Of a DNA stretch of 64,000 nt, positions 14,130 to 26,229 are shown one piece after another; position 1 is the stretch's first letter; the number at the start of each line of letters is the position of its first letter. The stretch lies in the NCBI RefSeq assembly GCF_009914755.1, contig NC_060935.1; one strand, written 5' to 3'. The stretch is from the human T2T-CHM13v2.0 reference genome, Homo sapiens. Both the position numbers and the translations under genes were made by a program. The notes under the pieces are model-generated. The model saw only the letters and a list, made by a program, of their open reading frames with translations, was not told where the DNA came from and did no database searches.

Positions 14130-14720
14130 ATTCCTGTGCCATCTCACCCACGATATCCAAAGCCCCACTGAGACTTTTATTGTCCACTTTATATTGTTGA
14201 ACAGGAGTCTTCGATGCTTGTGGTCGTAATTTTAAAATATTAAATTACATTGAGCATTAAGGGCTATGTTTTCTGTTAGGAGACAGGTTAATTGCGGCTC
14301 TTCATCTTTAATTTTGAGATTTAAGCTGGTTTCCCATTTAGCTCTAATTGGTAGTGTTCCGGCAACCCTCCCTGACCTCTGAAGCCTTTGATATGGTTTA
14401 GAAATCCTTTTATGGAAGCCCCTTTTTCTTTTGTCCTGCACATTTAATAGATTTGTATTTCCTCAGTCATCTTTCCTTCTGTGGAGATATTTCAAAATCA
14501 CACCATGAGTCTGCAGGGAATAAATGCCTCCTTTCCAGCAAATATATATATTTTTTAACAGCGATTGGCAAAAGAGAATTAATTGCCTCCATTCACACAC
14601 ACCTCTTCCTTGCTGTGTTCCATTTTCGTACGGAGATTTTTAATCCTTTCTTCTGTAGCCAGTGTGAATTTGTCTGTGAATGCTCACGCTCTTAAAGTGA
14701 CGTTCTGAAATAGACCTAAA
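14130..14720. promoter_or_regulatory. Candidate conserved non-coding element / enhancer
   Basis: ~600 bp repeat-free AT-rich island with TAATTG x3, TCF/LEF CCTTTGAT (14385-14392) and TTTTATGG (14408-14415); motif evidence only. Confidence 0.45.
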
Positions 14721-14899
14721 GAGAGTATCCACTCCAATCACTCCATTTTACTGATAATAATATCACCATAATCATGCTTTATGTGTCAGGGGAGAGCACT
14801 TATTGTGGGGAGAGGGACAGGGGGTGGTAATGAGCCCCTTGTCCCTGGAGGAGTTCAAGCATAATTTGGAAGCAGCTTGTCAGACATATTGTAGAAGCA

Positions 14900-15120
14900 A
14901 ATATAGCATAAGAACTAAGAGGTTTTCTGTCAGGAAGACCTGAATTTAAATCCCTGCCACTCCCTGAGCCTTGAGCAACTTAGGTGTCATCTTGAGCCTC
15001 CATCTCCCAGTCTATAAAATGGAGTTAATAATAATACTTACCACATAAAGCTATGGTGGAACTGGGTGAAATGATACCTGGCTCTTAGTAAGTGCTCAGT
15101 AAACGCAGGTTGCTGTTATT
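14900..15120 (+). mobile_element. MIR
   Basis: agacctgaatttaaatccc...ctataaaatggagttaataata...agtaagtgctcagtaaa. Confidence 0.8.
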
Positions 15121-15253
15121 AAATGTTATAGATGGCATCCAGGCTTCAGTGGTCAAGAAAGGGTAGGAAGAGGGAAGACATCAACAAAGCGAGGTTTTTA
15201 GAATTATCTTCAATCCTCAGAACTCAACAGCCTGTTAGAGTTTACAAAGTGCT

Positions 15254-15557
15254 TTTTGTTTTTGTTTTTGTTTGTTTGTTTGCTTGTTTTTTGAGACAGA
15301 GTCTCGCTCTGTCACCCAGGCTGCAGTGGTGCCATCTCTGGAGTGCAACCTCCGCCTCCTGGGTTCAAGCTATTCTCCAGCCTCAGCCTCCCACGTACAG
15401 ATGCTCGCCGCCATACCTGGCTAATTTTTGTATTTTTAGTAGAGATGGGTTTTTGCCATGTTGGCCAGGATGGTCTTGAACTCCTGACCTCAAGTGATCC
15501 GCCTGTCTCAGCCTCCCAAAGTGCTAGGATTACAGGCGTGAGCCACTGCACCCGGCC
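15254..15557 (-). mobile_element. AluS (Sz-like) with GTTT-type tail and internal micro-rearrangement
   Basis: Perfect 17-bp TSD agagtttacaaagtgct (15237-15253 / 15558-15574). Confidence 0.95.
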
Positions 15558-15589
15558 AGAGTTTACAAAGTGCTCTCATGCCTGTAATT

Positions 15590-15690
15590 TCAACTTATCT
15601 TCACCACTGTCCTTTACCCAGACTAAGTGTGGAGACATGGAGGCTCAGAGAGGTGAAGTGCCTTGCCCAAAGTCACACAGCATACAGATT
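15590..15690 (-). mobile_element. MIR fragment
   Basis: gaggctcagagaggtgaagtgccttgcccaaagtcacacagc. Confidence 0.8.
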
Positions 15691-16544
15691 CAGACATACC
15701 CTTCCTTCGTGCTGCTTTCACAAAACTCTGCCATCTATCTGTTCTGTGTCCTTCTGCTTTATCATGAGGATATTTCCTAAGATCCCAGGATCTGCCTTTG
15801 CACAGTGGGCATGCTCTTTGTCCTCCCAGACTCTTATTCCAAGGGAGATGTGTGCCAATTTAAATGCAGGACTTGGAGCTGTTTCTTTTATTCCTAAGTA
15901 TGTAGGGCAATCAAGCAGTCCAATAATAATAATACATAATGTTGGATACTCATAATGTACTTGTTTCATCTGGCAGCCTTAGAATTTTAATTTGATACAA
16001 GGACCATTATTACTCTATATTCATTAAATCCCATGTTAACCTCTTTTAAAAATGCATTTTCTGACAATCATAGAAGACAATTTTACATGAGGAAAGTCAT
16101 TTAGGGAAGAAGATCTGCTCAATAGGTTTTTCCTAGCCTGATTATGGGCTGGGCTGACCACCTCACCCATACCCCTCACTTCCCACATTTTCTATCCCAC
16201 AGTTCTAGTCTCCCCTGGCAGAGTTTAACAACATCAAGTACAAGTGGCCATTCTCATGGGGGACTCCTGGATGCATCTGTAGGAGGGGCTTCCCACCAGC
16301 TCTGATCATAGCTCAGCCAGCTCCCAAGTGAGCCCCTTGGCAGAAAGAGGCCCTGTGTGCCTCACATGCACCAATGTAATGATACCAGGAAATTTTAAAG
16401 GCTCGTAATTATAAAAGATTCAACAATTAGAGGAAAGACAGAATAGTTCAGAGCAGAAGGAGAGGGAGGGGAGGGGAGGGATGATGTGGGAGGGGGTGGG
16501 GGAAGTGGGGTAGATCCTGCCTGACCTTATAGAATTATACACTC

Positions 16545-16872
16545 AGGATGGAGCTGGAGGCCATTATTCTTAGAAAACTAATGCAGGAACAGAAAACCGA
16601 ACACTGCATGTTCTCACTTATAAGTGGGAGCTAAATGATGAGGACATATAGACACATAGAGGGGAACAACAGATACTGGCGCCTACTGGAGGGCTGGGCG
16701 GGGGGCGGTGGGAGGAGGGAGGCAATCGGGGAAAATAACTAATGGGTGCTAGGCCTAATGCCTGGGTGATGAAATAATCTGTATAACAAACCCCTGAGAC
16801 ACAAGTTTAACCATATAACAATCCTGCACACGTACCCCCTTAACTTAAGATAAAAGTTAAAAAAAAGAAAAA
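16545..16872 (+). mobile_element. 5'-truncated L1PA (older primate subfamily) 3' end with A-tail
   Basis: catgttctcacttataagtgggagct...ataaaagttaaaaaa; TSD agaattataca (16531-16541 / 16873-16883). Confidence 0.92.
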
Positions 16873-17239
16873 AGAATTATACATCTAAGAGTTGATCAGG
16901 GGCCAGGGAAAGAGCTTGAACATGAATCAAACTCAGTTCCCTGCAGGGGCCAGACCCTGTCTAAAGACACTGAAATCCACAAGTCCCCCACCCCTCCCTG
17001 CTTACACACCTTTTAACTCTTCACACCAAAGGAGACAAATCTACGGGTCTAATCTGGTGCTAAACTCTGGCTCAACCAAGCTTTCCAACTGTTTTCCTGT
17101 GGTGCCTCAGAGCTCCTTAGGGTGAGGAGTGAGGGGTGAGGGGTCCTCGCCCTATCTATAAACTGGGCAGCCCTACTTTTGTTTTTCAGATTGACTCCAC
17201 ACACACATTGATGTGAAGAAGGAATGCGAAGCCCATGCA

Positions 17240-17660
17240 CGCTGACCCTGTTCGGTCCCCTTGTTTTGCAGATCAGGAAACCAAAGTCCAGAGAAGAACA
17301 GGGTCTTGTCCCAGACATGTGGCTGAGTTGGAACCAGAATCCAATCCTAACTCGGCTGCAGCAGACTGTGTCAATTAGCATTAGCTAAGGGTGGTAACAC
17401 CACCACAGTCACATCCTTTGCTGCTATCAGAGGATAACCCCAGTTTACTGTGGCCTTAGCGAGTACCAGAAACTTGTTCAAAAAGCGTGTTTTAATCTCA
17501 TTTAATCCAAACAGCAGTTCTACAAAGCAGCTGTTACTGTCCCCATTTCATAGATGAGGTCACTGTGCTCAGACAGATAATCAGCCAGGGAATGACAGAG
17601 CGGGGCTTGAACCCAGGCCACTGCCAGGTTCAGCAGCCTCTACCCTTCACCACTGTGCTT
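17240..17660 (-). mobile_element. Two MIR fragments
   Basis: ttttgcagatcaggaaaccaa (about 17270) and ccccatttcatagatgagg...cttgaacccagg (17540-17620). Confidence 0.7.
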
Positions 17661-17874
17661 TGAGGTTTCAGTCAAAGGGATACAAAAAGTCTCGGAAACA
17701 TCTAAAGTGCTAAAAAAAAAAAAAATGCAAGACCCTGTACTAATGCCGTTATAAAATGTAGATGAATGATTTGGTTTGGGGCCTTTATTTTTTCTCTTTC
17801 ATGCAGTAAAATTCCATCAGAAAAGAAAAGCTCTTTAGACTAGCAATGTATGTATGAGGCACTTATGGGTTAGA

Positions 17875-18030
17875 AACACATTCACTGAGAAACATTTATT
17901 TGGAACCTTTTCTGGGCTCAGCACTGAGTTAGGTTCTAGGGATTCGGAGATAAATAAAACCAGTTCCAGCCCTCAAGGCACTCAGGGAGGCAGAGACATA
18001 GAGCAGCAATCACATTCCAGTGAAGAAAGT
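17875..18030 (-). mobile_element. L2 3' fragment
   Basis: cattcactgagaaacatttatt...ataaaaccagttccagccctcaagg. Confidence 0.7.
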
Positions 18031-18094
18031 GTCAGGTGAAAGAATGGTCTGGCAGCCAATAAGGGCGCTAACGGGACCTGACCCCATGTGCTGG

Positions 18095-18265
18095 CCCAGA
18101 GCACAGGCCCTGCTCTAGACTGCTTTGGGTTCAAACTCTTTCTCTTCACTTACTAGCTGTGTGTCCTTGGGCATTTTTCTTGACCTCTCTGTGCCTGAGT
18201 TTCCTCTTCTGTAAAATGAAAATTATAACAGATGAGCAAAGATTCCTACCTCAAAGGGTTGCTGT
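18095..18265 (+). mobile_element. MIR
   Basis: gggttcaaa...cacttactagctgtgtgtccttgggc...ctgtaaaatg. Confidence 0.85.
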
Positions 18266-18748
18266 AAATATTTCATGAGCCATGGACCCTTTGGAAGTCT
18301 GTTGATGCTTACAGACTGTATTTCCAGTATTCCCTCCTGGGAATACTGTTTTTCAATGCAGACCATAAAAACACATAGGACTTCAAAACACTTATAACTA
18401 ATTATATTAAAAATAGTATCAAAATATTAAAAACATAAATTTATAATTTAGCAATGCATGTGCTTCTTTATTAAGACTTTAAATAATAAGATCCAGCCGC
18501 ACATCTAATCAGCTTCATAATTTAGAAGTGGTAATGGACATAAATGGTATTTCCAGGCCTCTGCAACTGCGTAATGTTGGGAATTTATCTGTCATTTCTA
18601 CTGGTGACATGCAACTACAAGAAATGCTCAATTTCAGTTAAGATTGGTGAGCACAGAGATGTCATTTTTCCCTTCCAAGTTCTTCAACCCCCCGAATTCT
18701 ACCAGAGGACCTGCTGGAGGCCCGGGGACCCTGATGATTAAGTCCCGG
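18265..18748 (+). mobile_element. Charlie4a (MER80)-like hAT DNA transposon
   Basis: catggaccctttgg, tgtgcttctttatta, aaatgctcaatttcagtta, ccaagttc...cccccgaattcta. Confidence 0.8.
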
Positions 18749-18984
18749 GGCAAATGGGGGGAGGTATATGATGCTGATGGGTCAAGCAGGAGGCGCGGCC
18801 TGGGGCTGGAGGAAAAGCCCTCCCCTCAAGGGGCTTCAGGGAGAGGCTGTGAGGTCTGAGTCAGCACTTTGCACAGGTGTCCTGGAATGAATTATACTGG
18901 TTGAGAATAACTGACATTCAGGACCAACCATGGGCAGTTTCTAATATTCATGCACTGCACCCATCCTTGACTTGTAACAACCAG

Positions 18985-19200
18985 CATGATGGTTAAGGGT
19001 GGGCTCTGCCTAGATTTCTATCTCAACTCTACTACCCACTCTGTATCGCCTTGAAAGGGTCTCTACCTTCACTGTATCTCAGTTTCCTCATCTACGAGAT
19101 AGAAAATGTTGTCCTGATCTCACAAGTGTGCGAAACAATTCCAGGAAATGCCTCGGCAAGATGTGATCCATGTGGTAAATGCTCTGTGGCATTAGATATT
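18985..19200 (+). mobile_element. MIR
   Basis: tggttaag...tctcagtttcctcatct...tggtaaatgctc. Confidence 0.65.
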
Positions 19201-19246
19201 TTTGTTTGCTAAAACATAGGCTAGCCTTATAGATGCCATCAGATTA

Positions 19247-19527
<281 letters not shown>

Positions 19528-19554
19528 GAATAAGCCCCTTTAGATAGTGTGGGA

Positions 19555-19790
19555 TCCTGGTTCAGAGCACAGGCTGTGGAGTGAGAAAATCTGAGTTTAA
19601 ATCCCAGCTCTGCCACCAAGCAGATGAATAACTTCATGTTTGTTCCTCCCCTCTCTGGGTCTCACTTTCATACTCTGTAAAAAGAGAAAATAATACTGTC
19701 AATTGCACAGTGCGGTTGTGAAGATTAAATGAATTAATGTAATGCTTCGAACAAGTCTTAGCACATGTTAAATGCTCACCTGCTAGCTCC
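19555..19790 (+). mobile_element. MIR
   Basis: aatcccagctctgccac...ggttgtgaagattaaatga. Confidence 0.8.
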
Positions 19791-20054
19791 AATATTATTA
19801 GGACTGATACTCATTGCCTAGTGAGTGAATCTAGCAGCTTCCCAGTGCTCATACTTTATTTCCTAAACTCCAATCATCTTCATAAAGGGTCTAGGGAGGC
19901 ACTTCATTATTTATTTATTGAATAACTTATCTCCCAGAGCAATGGTTATAGACAGATCTGAGATGCTGCGATATTTTTTTGGAGAAGTAGAAGGACTGGG
20001 TCACTATATGCCACCTATGTGATTTATTTGATTCTTGCAGCGGTCTTTCCACAG

Positions 20055-20180
20055 AGTTACCATTTTCCTCATTTTACTGATGAAGAAATGAAGGTTCAAA
20101 GGCAAGGCATTTAGCCCAGGTTTGCAAAGGCAACGAACAACAGAGCTAGGATTTGAACCCAGGCTTGTCCTACGCCCAGA
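20055..20180 (-). mobile_element. MIR fragment
   Basis: cattttactgatgaagaaa...ggatttgaacccagg. Confidence 0.75.
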
Positions 20181-20524
20181 AACCTCAGTTGCAGCGACTG
20201 TTTCCTGCTGAGCCAGAAGGGTGCTGAGTTGAGCTTCCTGCTTGATAACTTAAATCTTCATTTTTAATGCATAATCACCCTGTTAGAAGAGAGTTGCCTC
20301 CACTTTCTCTCAGACTGTGCAGCCTTCATAAGTTAGGGATGGCAGACGGGGCCATAGCAAATGCTGGGCATTTTACCCCAGAGCAGCCAGCGTGGCACTG
20401 GCCACATTACGGGACAGAAGTCAGATCCCTGTTTTTCTTCCAGCCCTTTCCAGAGCAATCAGGGGTGAGATGGAAAGGTCCTAAAATAATAAAAGATGTC
20501 CCTAAGTTCTGGGAAGCCCAAGCA

Positions 20525-20820
20525 TTAGTTCACTTATTTATTCACCAAAGCACGTATGGAGCCTCCACTGGGCACTGAAGATAGAAGGATGAATAGCACC
20601 TGACTCCCTGTTACAGGAACTCTCACCTCTGGAGACACACATATACACCATAAGTATGTGTCACTGTGACCTGACACATAATTGAGGTGTTGCAAAGGGC
20701 TACGGGAGCTAAAAGGAGGGAATGATTAGTTCTCATGAGGGTTGGGAGTGTCCAGGGAAGACTTTGTCAAAGGATGTGTCATAAGAAAACAAGTAGGTGT
20801 TCACCAGAGAGAGGAGTGGG
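20525..20820 (-). mobile_element. L2 fragment
   Basis: ttcacttatttattcac...gggcactgaagatag...cagggaagacttt. Confidence 0.65.
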
Positions 20821-20849
20821 AGCCATCAAGGATGGAGGGGGACCAGAAC

Positions 20850-21080
20850 CAAGACTTAGCATCTACCTTCCAGTAGCAGGTAGGTTCTGTGCCAGGCACT
20901 TCACCTGCTGTATCTCATTTCATCTTCACAGAAGTCCTATTGGGCAGGCTTCAGTGTTTTCATTAATGGTGGAGGAAATGAGACGCAGAGAGGCTAAGAG
21001 ACTTGCCCCAAGGTCACACAGCTGGGAGTGGTGGGGCCAGATTGCCACCCAGGGCTGGCTGAGTGCACGGCTTGTGTTCC
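20850..21080 (-). mobile_element. MIR
   Basis: tgtgccaggcact...atctcatttcatcttcaca...acttgccccaaggtcacacagct. Confidence 0.85.
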
Positions 21081-21253
21081 TGTTCACATTGAACCCTGCC
21101 AAAGGAGGTGCACTAGCAAAGACAGAGGAAGGAAAGGGTCCGGGCTGTTCAGAGAGGGAAGCTGCAGTAAAGAAGTGCCCCCTAAGAGGAAAAGCTATTG
21201 GGGCCAGAGACAAAGGTTCTGAAGATCACACCCCAGAAAATGTTCTGTGTTGC

Positions 21254-21821
21254 TGTGGTAGATTGTTATTACAATGGCCCCCAATGGATCACCAGTCCCT
21301 GTATCCACACCCTTTGCAGTGTGGATTGCCACTTCTCCCTACAAAAGGTAGAGTTTATTTCCCCACCCCTTCAGTCAAGTTGATCTATGACTGCTTTGTG
21401 AATGTAGCGGGAGGGACCCTGTGAGCATTCTAGAGCCCAGGTCTTGAGAGGTGTGAGGCTTCCAATCTCAACCTCCTGCTGCCCTGAAACCCCATGCAAG
21501 GAAGGCTGAGCCAGCTTCTTTGAGGATGAGAGTCCACGTGGAGAGAGAGATGCCGCACCCCCACCCTAGCTGCACAACCAACTCAGCTGAAGCACTATGA
21601 AGCACCAGACAGGCACATGAGCTGCCTTGGATCTTCTGGTCCTGGTCCAACCACCAGCTGAATCCAGCCTCACAAGAATGACTGCAGATGACCCTTTGTG
21701 GAGCAGAGACAAGCCACCCACTGCACCCAGCCCAGACTGCAGAATTGGAAGCAAATGGTTGTCACTGTTTTGAGTCACTAAGTTTTGGGATGGTTTTTCA
21801 TGCAGCAATCGTTACTGAAAT
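21254..21821 (+). mobile_element. MLT1G/H-type MaLR LTR
   Basis: tgtggtagattg...ccacaccctttgcagtgtg...cactaagttttgggatggttt...gcagcaat. Confidence 0.82.
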
Positions 21822-22297
21822 TGTTGCCATTTGGAGGTAGTCTATAGACTGAATTTAGTTCAAATGACCTAAACTCCTCCCAGCTCAGTTATTCTGCAAA
21901 CCCCCTCCCTGTTGAGGGCAGGCATGTAAAGGCTGGACCAGAATCCTGGGACCCATTGCATAGCAATCACGGAGACAGCTGGGTTCTCCTTTGGAAGCTG
22001 GAACCAAACAGCCTCCCCTCCTTGGTTGATCCATTTGTTTTACTGCCATTTTTCTTTCCTTTATCCTTTCATCACTGATGGTGGAGGCAGCTGCCAAAAT
22101 AAACTGGGGCAGCCCTCACAGCCGGAAAACACCAACTGCCTGAATGTCTTTGCTTCTATTTGCTTCTTTCTGTGCAACATACTTTTCTTTTTATTCATGT
22201 AGCATCTTCCCATTAAGGACCCAGGATCACTAGGAAGTAGAGTCTGTCTCAAAGACACCAACTGAGCCCTTAATCCATACCAAGCACTTTATGTATG

Positions 22298-22649
22298 TGT
22301 CTTATTCCATTTTGTGCTGCTATGACCAAATACTACTGACTGGGTGAGTTATAAACAATAGAAGTTTATTTGGCTCATGGTTCTGGAGGCTAGGAAGTCC
22401 CAGGTCGAGCCCACCTCTGGTGAGGACCTTCTTGCTGCATCATAACATGGCAGAAGGCACTACATGGTAAGAGAGAGCAAGAGATCGAACTTGCAGTTCA
22501 AGCCCTTTAATAATTGGCATTAATCCATTCATGAGGGTGGAGCCTTCTTGCCCTAAACACCTCCCCTCAGGTGCCACCTCCCAACACTCTTGCATTGGGG
22601 ATTAAGTTTCCAGCACATAAACTTCAGAGGACACATTCAAACCATAGCA
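22298..22649 (-). mobile_element. MSTC/D-type MaLR LTR
   Basis: tgtcttattccattttgtgctgctat...ggttctggaggctaggaagtcc...acacattcaaaccatagca. Confidence 0.88.
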
Positions 22650-22659
22650 GCATAGTATC

Positions 22660-22870
22660 ATGATTAGACATTATTTATGCATTCCTACTGTGTACTTGAT
22701 GTGTTTGCATACCTTACCTTTAATTCTACTGTAGGATTGGTGCTATTACCCCATTTCAGACAGGGGAATTCTGAGACTCGGAGGGGTTAAATGACATGTT
22801 AGTAGGTGGCAAAGCTGGACTTTGGGCACATGCCATCCAGCTCCAGAGCTGGAGCTGTTTCCATGCTGCA
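22660..22870 (-). mobile_element. MIR
   Basis: ccccatttcagacagggg...ggttaaatgac. Confidence 0.7.
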
Positions 22871-23629
22871 TAATGTTTCCTTTCTAAGAAAAGAAAAATC
22901 TGGCAACCAAGAGTCCAGGTGATGAGAACATATTGCCTAGGATACATTGAGCATGACTAAGCTCACAGGAGCAGGAGATGGACATGCAAGAAGTTGTCTG
23001 TGTATTGCAAAAGATGACTCTCTTTTTACTGAATTGGCAGTCAAAGTGCCCTAAATTTTACCCTCTGATGTCCTGCTGCAACAGAGAATTTAATGGAGTC
23101 TGGGTCTCCACCCTGCTCACCAAAAACCCCTACTCTTACATAAGCTCTTTGCACACTCTGTCCTTGGTAACTGCCTGCAGCAGAAAGGACCTGGAAGGAG
23201 TGTGCCAGAGGGGCATTCCACACTTGAGCAGTCCTGAGCAGAACCCCCACTTCCCAGATCTGAGCATTCTTTGAAGAGCTGTGGCTGCAGGGATCACCCC
23301 TCACTGCAAGGCACTGGGGTCCAGGCTCTCTACCTGGGCATGTCACTGCCTGGGGCTGAATCACCCACAGAGAGACCAAGTTCAGGCTTTGCCCACCGGT
23401 AAGGGAGAAACACACCCACAAGATGCTATTTATATTTCCAAAAAGAAAAAAAATGGATGAAAATAGACCTCAAGAGCGAAAATCAGAACTTTGTTTAACT
23501 TTCTTATACCTACTTTACAGACAATTTCATACCGTTGTTATTTTGGATTATTACAAGGAAGGAGGCATCTTAATCATCTCAGTGTAGGGCCTTTAAAGGT
23601 ACCAATTTGTCCCCTCAAAATGCCCCTCT

Positions 23630-23842
23630 CTGGACCACAGTATCTCCATCCACAAAAAACAAAATAATGATGCTCATTTGTGTTCTCAAACCAGGCTGGG
23701 AACTGAGGTCCCAATTTAGGGACTGCTATCCTAGTGATTCTGAGTGAGAAGATGGGGCCCAGGAATCTGCATCCTAACACATATCCCCTGGTGATTTCTC
23801 TCCCAAGGGCAGGTCTAGAAAACTTAAGTTTGAGGACTGCTA
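23630..23842. mobile_element. MER5-type hAT fragment
   Basis: gattctgag...ggggcccaggaatctgcat...ggtgatt...gtttgaggactgct. Confidence 0.6.
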
Positions 23843-23949
23843 TAGGCAGTCCTGGTTTGCTCAGGCCTGAGTGGTTTCCTAGGGGTTGGGACTTTCAGTG
23901 TTAAAACTAGGGAAATTCTAAGCAAACTGGGATGAGGTGGTAATCTTAA
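23843..23949 (+). mobile_element. MER81 hAT-Blackjack element
   Basis: gtcctggtttgc...gggactttcagtgttaaaac...gcaaactgggatgaggtggtaatctta. Confidence 0.75.
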
Positions 23950-24116
23950 CTGTACTGCATGCTCATTCAGGGCCTCCTGGCATGAACTTGCTCTGACTCT
24001 GCAACAGCAAGCATAGAAGAGAAACCTTTCCTCCTTAAAGCAGCTGAAAATGCAGTATCTTGTTTCTAAGGTTGCTAAAATGAGATTAAAAGCTATCCTA
24101 ATTCAAGGTGGTGTGA

Positions 24117-24481
<365 letters not shown>

Positions 24482-24977
24482 GAGTCTGGAATCATTAATT
24501 CCAGCATGCTGCTTCCATTCAGACTCCCACAGATCCTCCAGCATTATCTCCTGAGAAGCTCTGATTCTGAGTTTTCACTATCTTCATGTGCAAAGGGACA
24601 GGGACAGGAAACAAAATTTGGGGACCCCTTTCATCTCTCTTTGGTTTTTAATTTTTTTCTTTTTTTTTCAGAAAATGTGAGAGTACATTATCTCATTTTG
24701 TCCTCACAACAAACCTGCTGGTAGGATTTATTTTTATTTTATAAATAACAAATCTAAAACCCAAATCTCTCCAGCAGGTAGTCACAAAATAGGTTGGGAC
24801 CCACAGCTTCTCCTTGTAACACACCAGACTTCCCACTTGCCAAGCCCCAGGAAGGGGCAATGGTTATAAGGATGCATGTGGAATAAGGGGGAGGTTTTAC
24901 AACCCAAGAACAGGAATGAGAAAATGATAGGGCCTCAAAGCATAGCTTGTTGCTGCTGTTATTAGATTTCTCTAAGT

Positions 24978-25281
24978 CAGCAATGGCCAATAGAAATATA
25001 ATTCATACTATAATGTATAATTTGACATTTTCTGGACACATTTAAAAAGCAGAAACAAACATGAAAAACTAATTTGATAACATTTTATTTAACTCAATAT
25101 ATCCAAAAGATTATTATTTCAGCAAATAATCAATGTAAAACATATTAATGGGACATTTTATGTTCTTTTGTTTTGGTACAGAGTCTTTGGAATCTGGCAT
25201 TTATATCTTACTCTTACAGCACAGCATTTCAAGTGCTCAATAGCCACATGTGCCCAGTAATTACTGTAATGTATGGCATAC
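24978..25281 (+). mobile_element. MER33 hAT-Charlie DNA transposon
   Basis: ccaatagaaatataat...catttcaagtgctcaatagccacatgtg; perfect 8-bp TSD CTCTAAGT (24970-24977 / 25282-25289). Confidence 0.92.
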
Positions 25282-25294
25282 CTCTAAGTCTTTG

Positions 25295-25610
25295 GTTCTT
25301 TCTGCTAGATCTGTTCAATTCTGAAAAGGTGTATTAAAATCTTCAACTTAAAATTGTATTTTGTGACAATTTTCCTTCCACCTCTAATACTTTTTGCCCT
25401 TTGTATTTAGTTGCTATGTTATTTGGTACATACATGTTTATGACTATATCCTCTCTGTAAAATACGTCCTATATCATTATATGATGTACCTTTTTCCTGT
25501 GGAGTGCTTCTAGTCCTTAGTTCCACTTTGTATACTATTCACATCAATCTACCCTCCTGCCTGCTTGCTTCAATTTTTGTTTCTGTTTTTGCATTTGACT
25601 GGTATCAGGT
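25295..25610 (-). mobile_element. Ancient L1M fragment (ORF2 endonuclease region)
   Basis: ggtgtattaaaatcttcaact, tgctatgttatttggtacataca, tttgcatttgactggtat. Confidence 0.75.
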
Positions 25611-25965
25611 ACTTTTCTTCTGAGGCTTCTCCATTCACATGACCCAGCTATTCTAACTCTCTGCTTCTTTTTATGGGTTGATTTGTGCCTCCTTTCATCT
25701 CCCACTCTATTTTTTTTCTATCTGAAGGTATTTGCTTATTTATGGGTTCTGCTGTCTTATACCTTTGGTTCTCCCTGACCTTTCAAAACCCAAGTCAACC
25801 TCCTGCTCCTCCTATGCATCATTTACATTATATATTAAGCTACCCACATTTGGCTGGGGTAAATGTTAAAGATACCGAGTCCCTGGCCCCTTTCCTTGGA
25901 GATTCTTTCCCCCATGGGACAGGGCTTAGCAATCCATATTTTAGCAACCTCTCCAAGTGAGTCTT

Positions 25966-25976
25966 ATGACTCAGCA
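25966..25976 (+). promoter_or_regulatory. Consensus ARE/MARE (NRF2/BACH-sMAF) motif
   Basis: ATGACTCAGCA, an exact RTGACTCAGCA match, in non-repeat DNA; function untested. Confidence 0.4.
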
Positions 25977-26229
25977 AATGGGGGCTATGTACACTCCCAA
26001 ATCACTTTCCCTCCACAATATGGAAGAGTCTGTCTGGCATCTAGTTAGGCTGGCAGAGGTTCTGAGTAACACAAAGGAACAAAGAAGGTGATCCTGCTGT
26101 GTTAGATTGTTTCGATTAGTTCCACTGCTCAATGACTTATAGCAGAAGGTGACAGATATGTTTTTCCTAAATGAAACTCCTATAGTTACAAATTTTCTTT
26201 TACCCAGAGCCCACCTACCTATCACTGCT

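Noticed and set aside
18052-18072. CCAAT box (agccaataag) with adjacent CpGs
   Set aside because: Isolated motif between L2 and MIR with no other promoter features.
20735-21424. Longest ORF (229 aa, +)
   Set aside because: Runs through L2, MIR and MLT1 sequence; no recognisable domain; consistent with a chance open frame.
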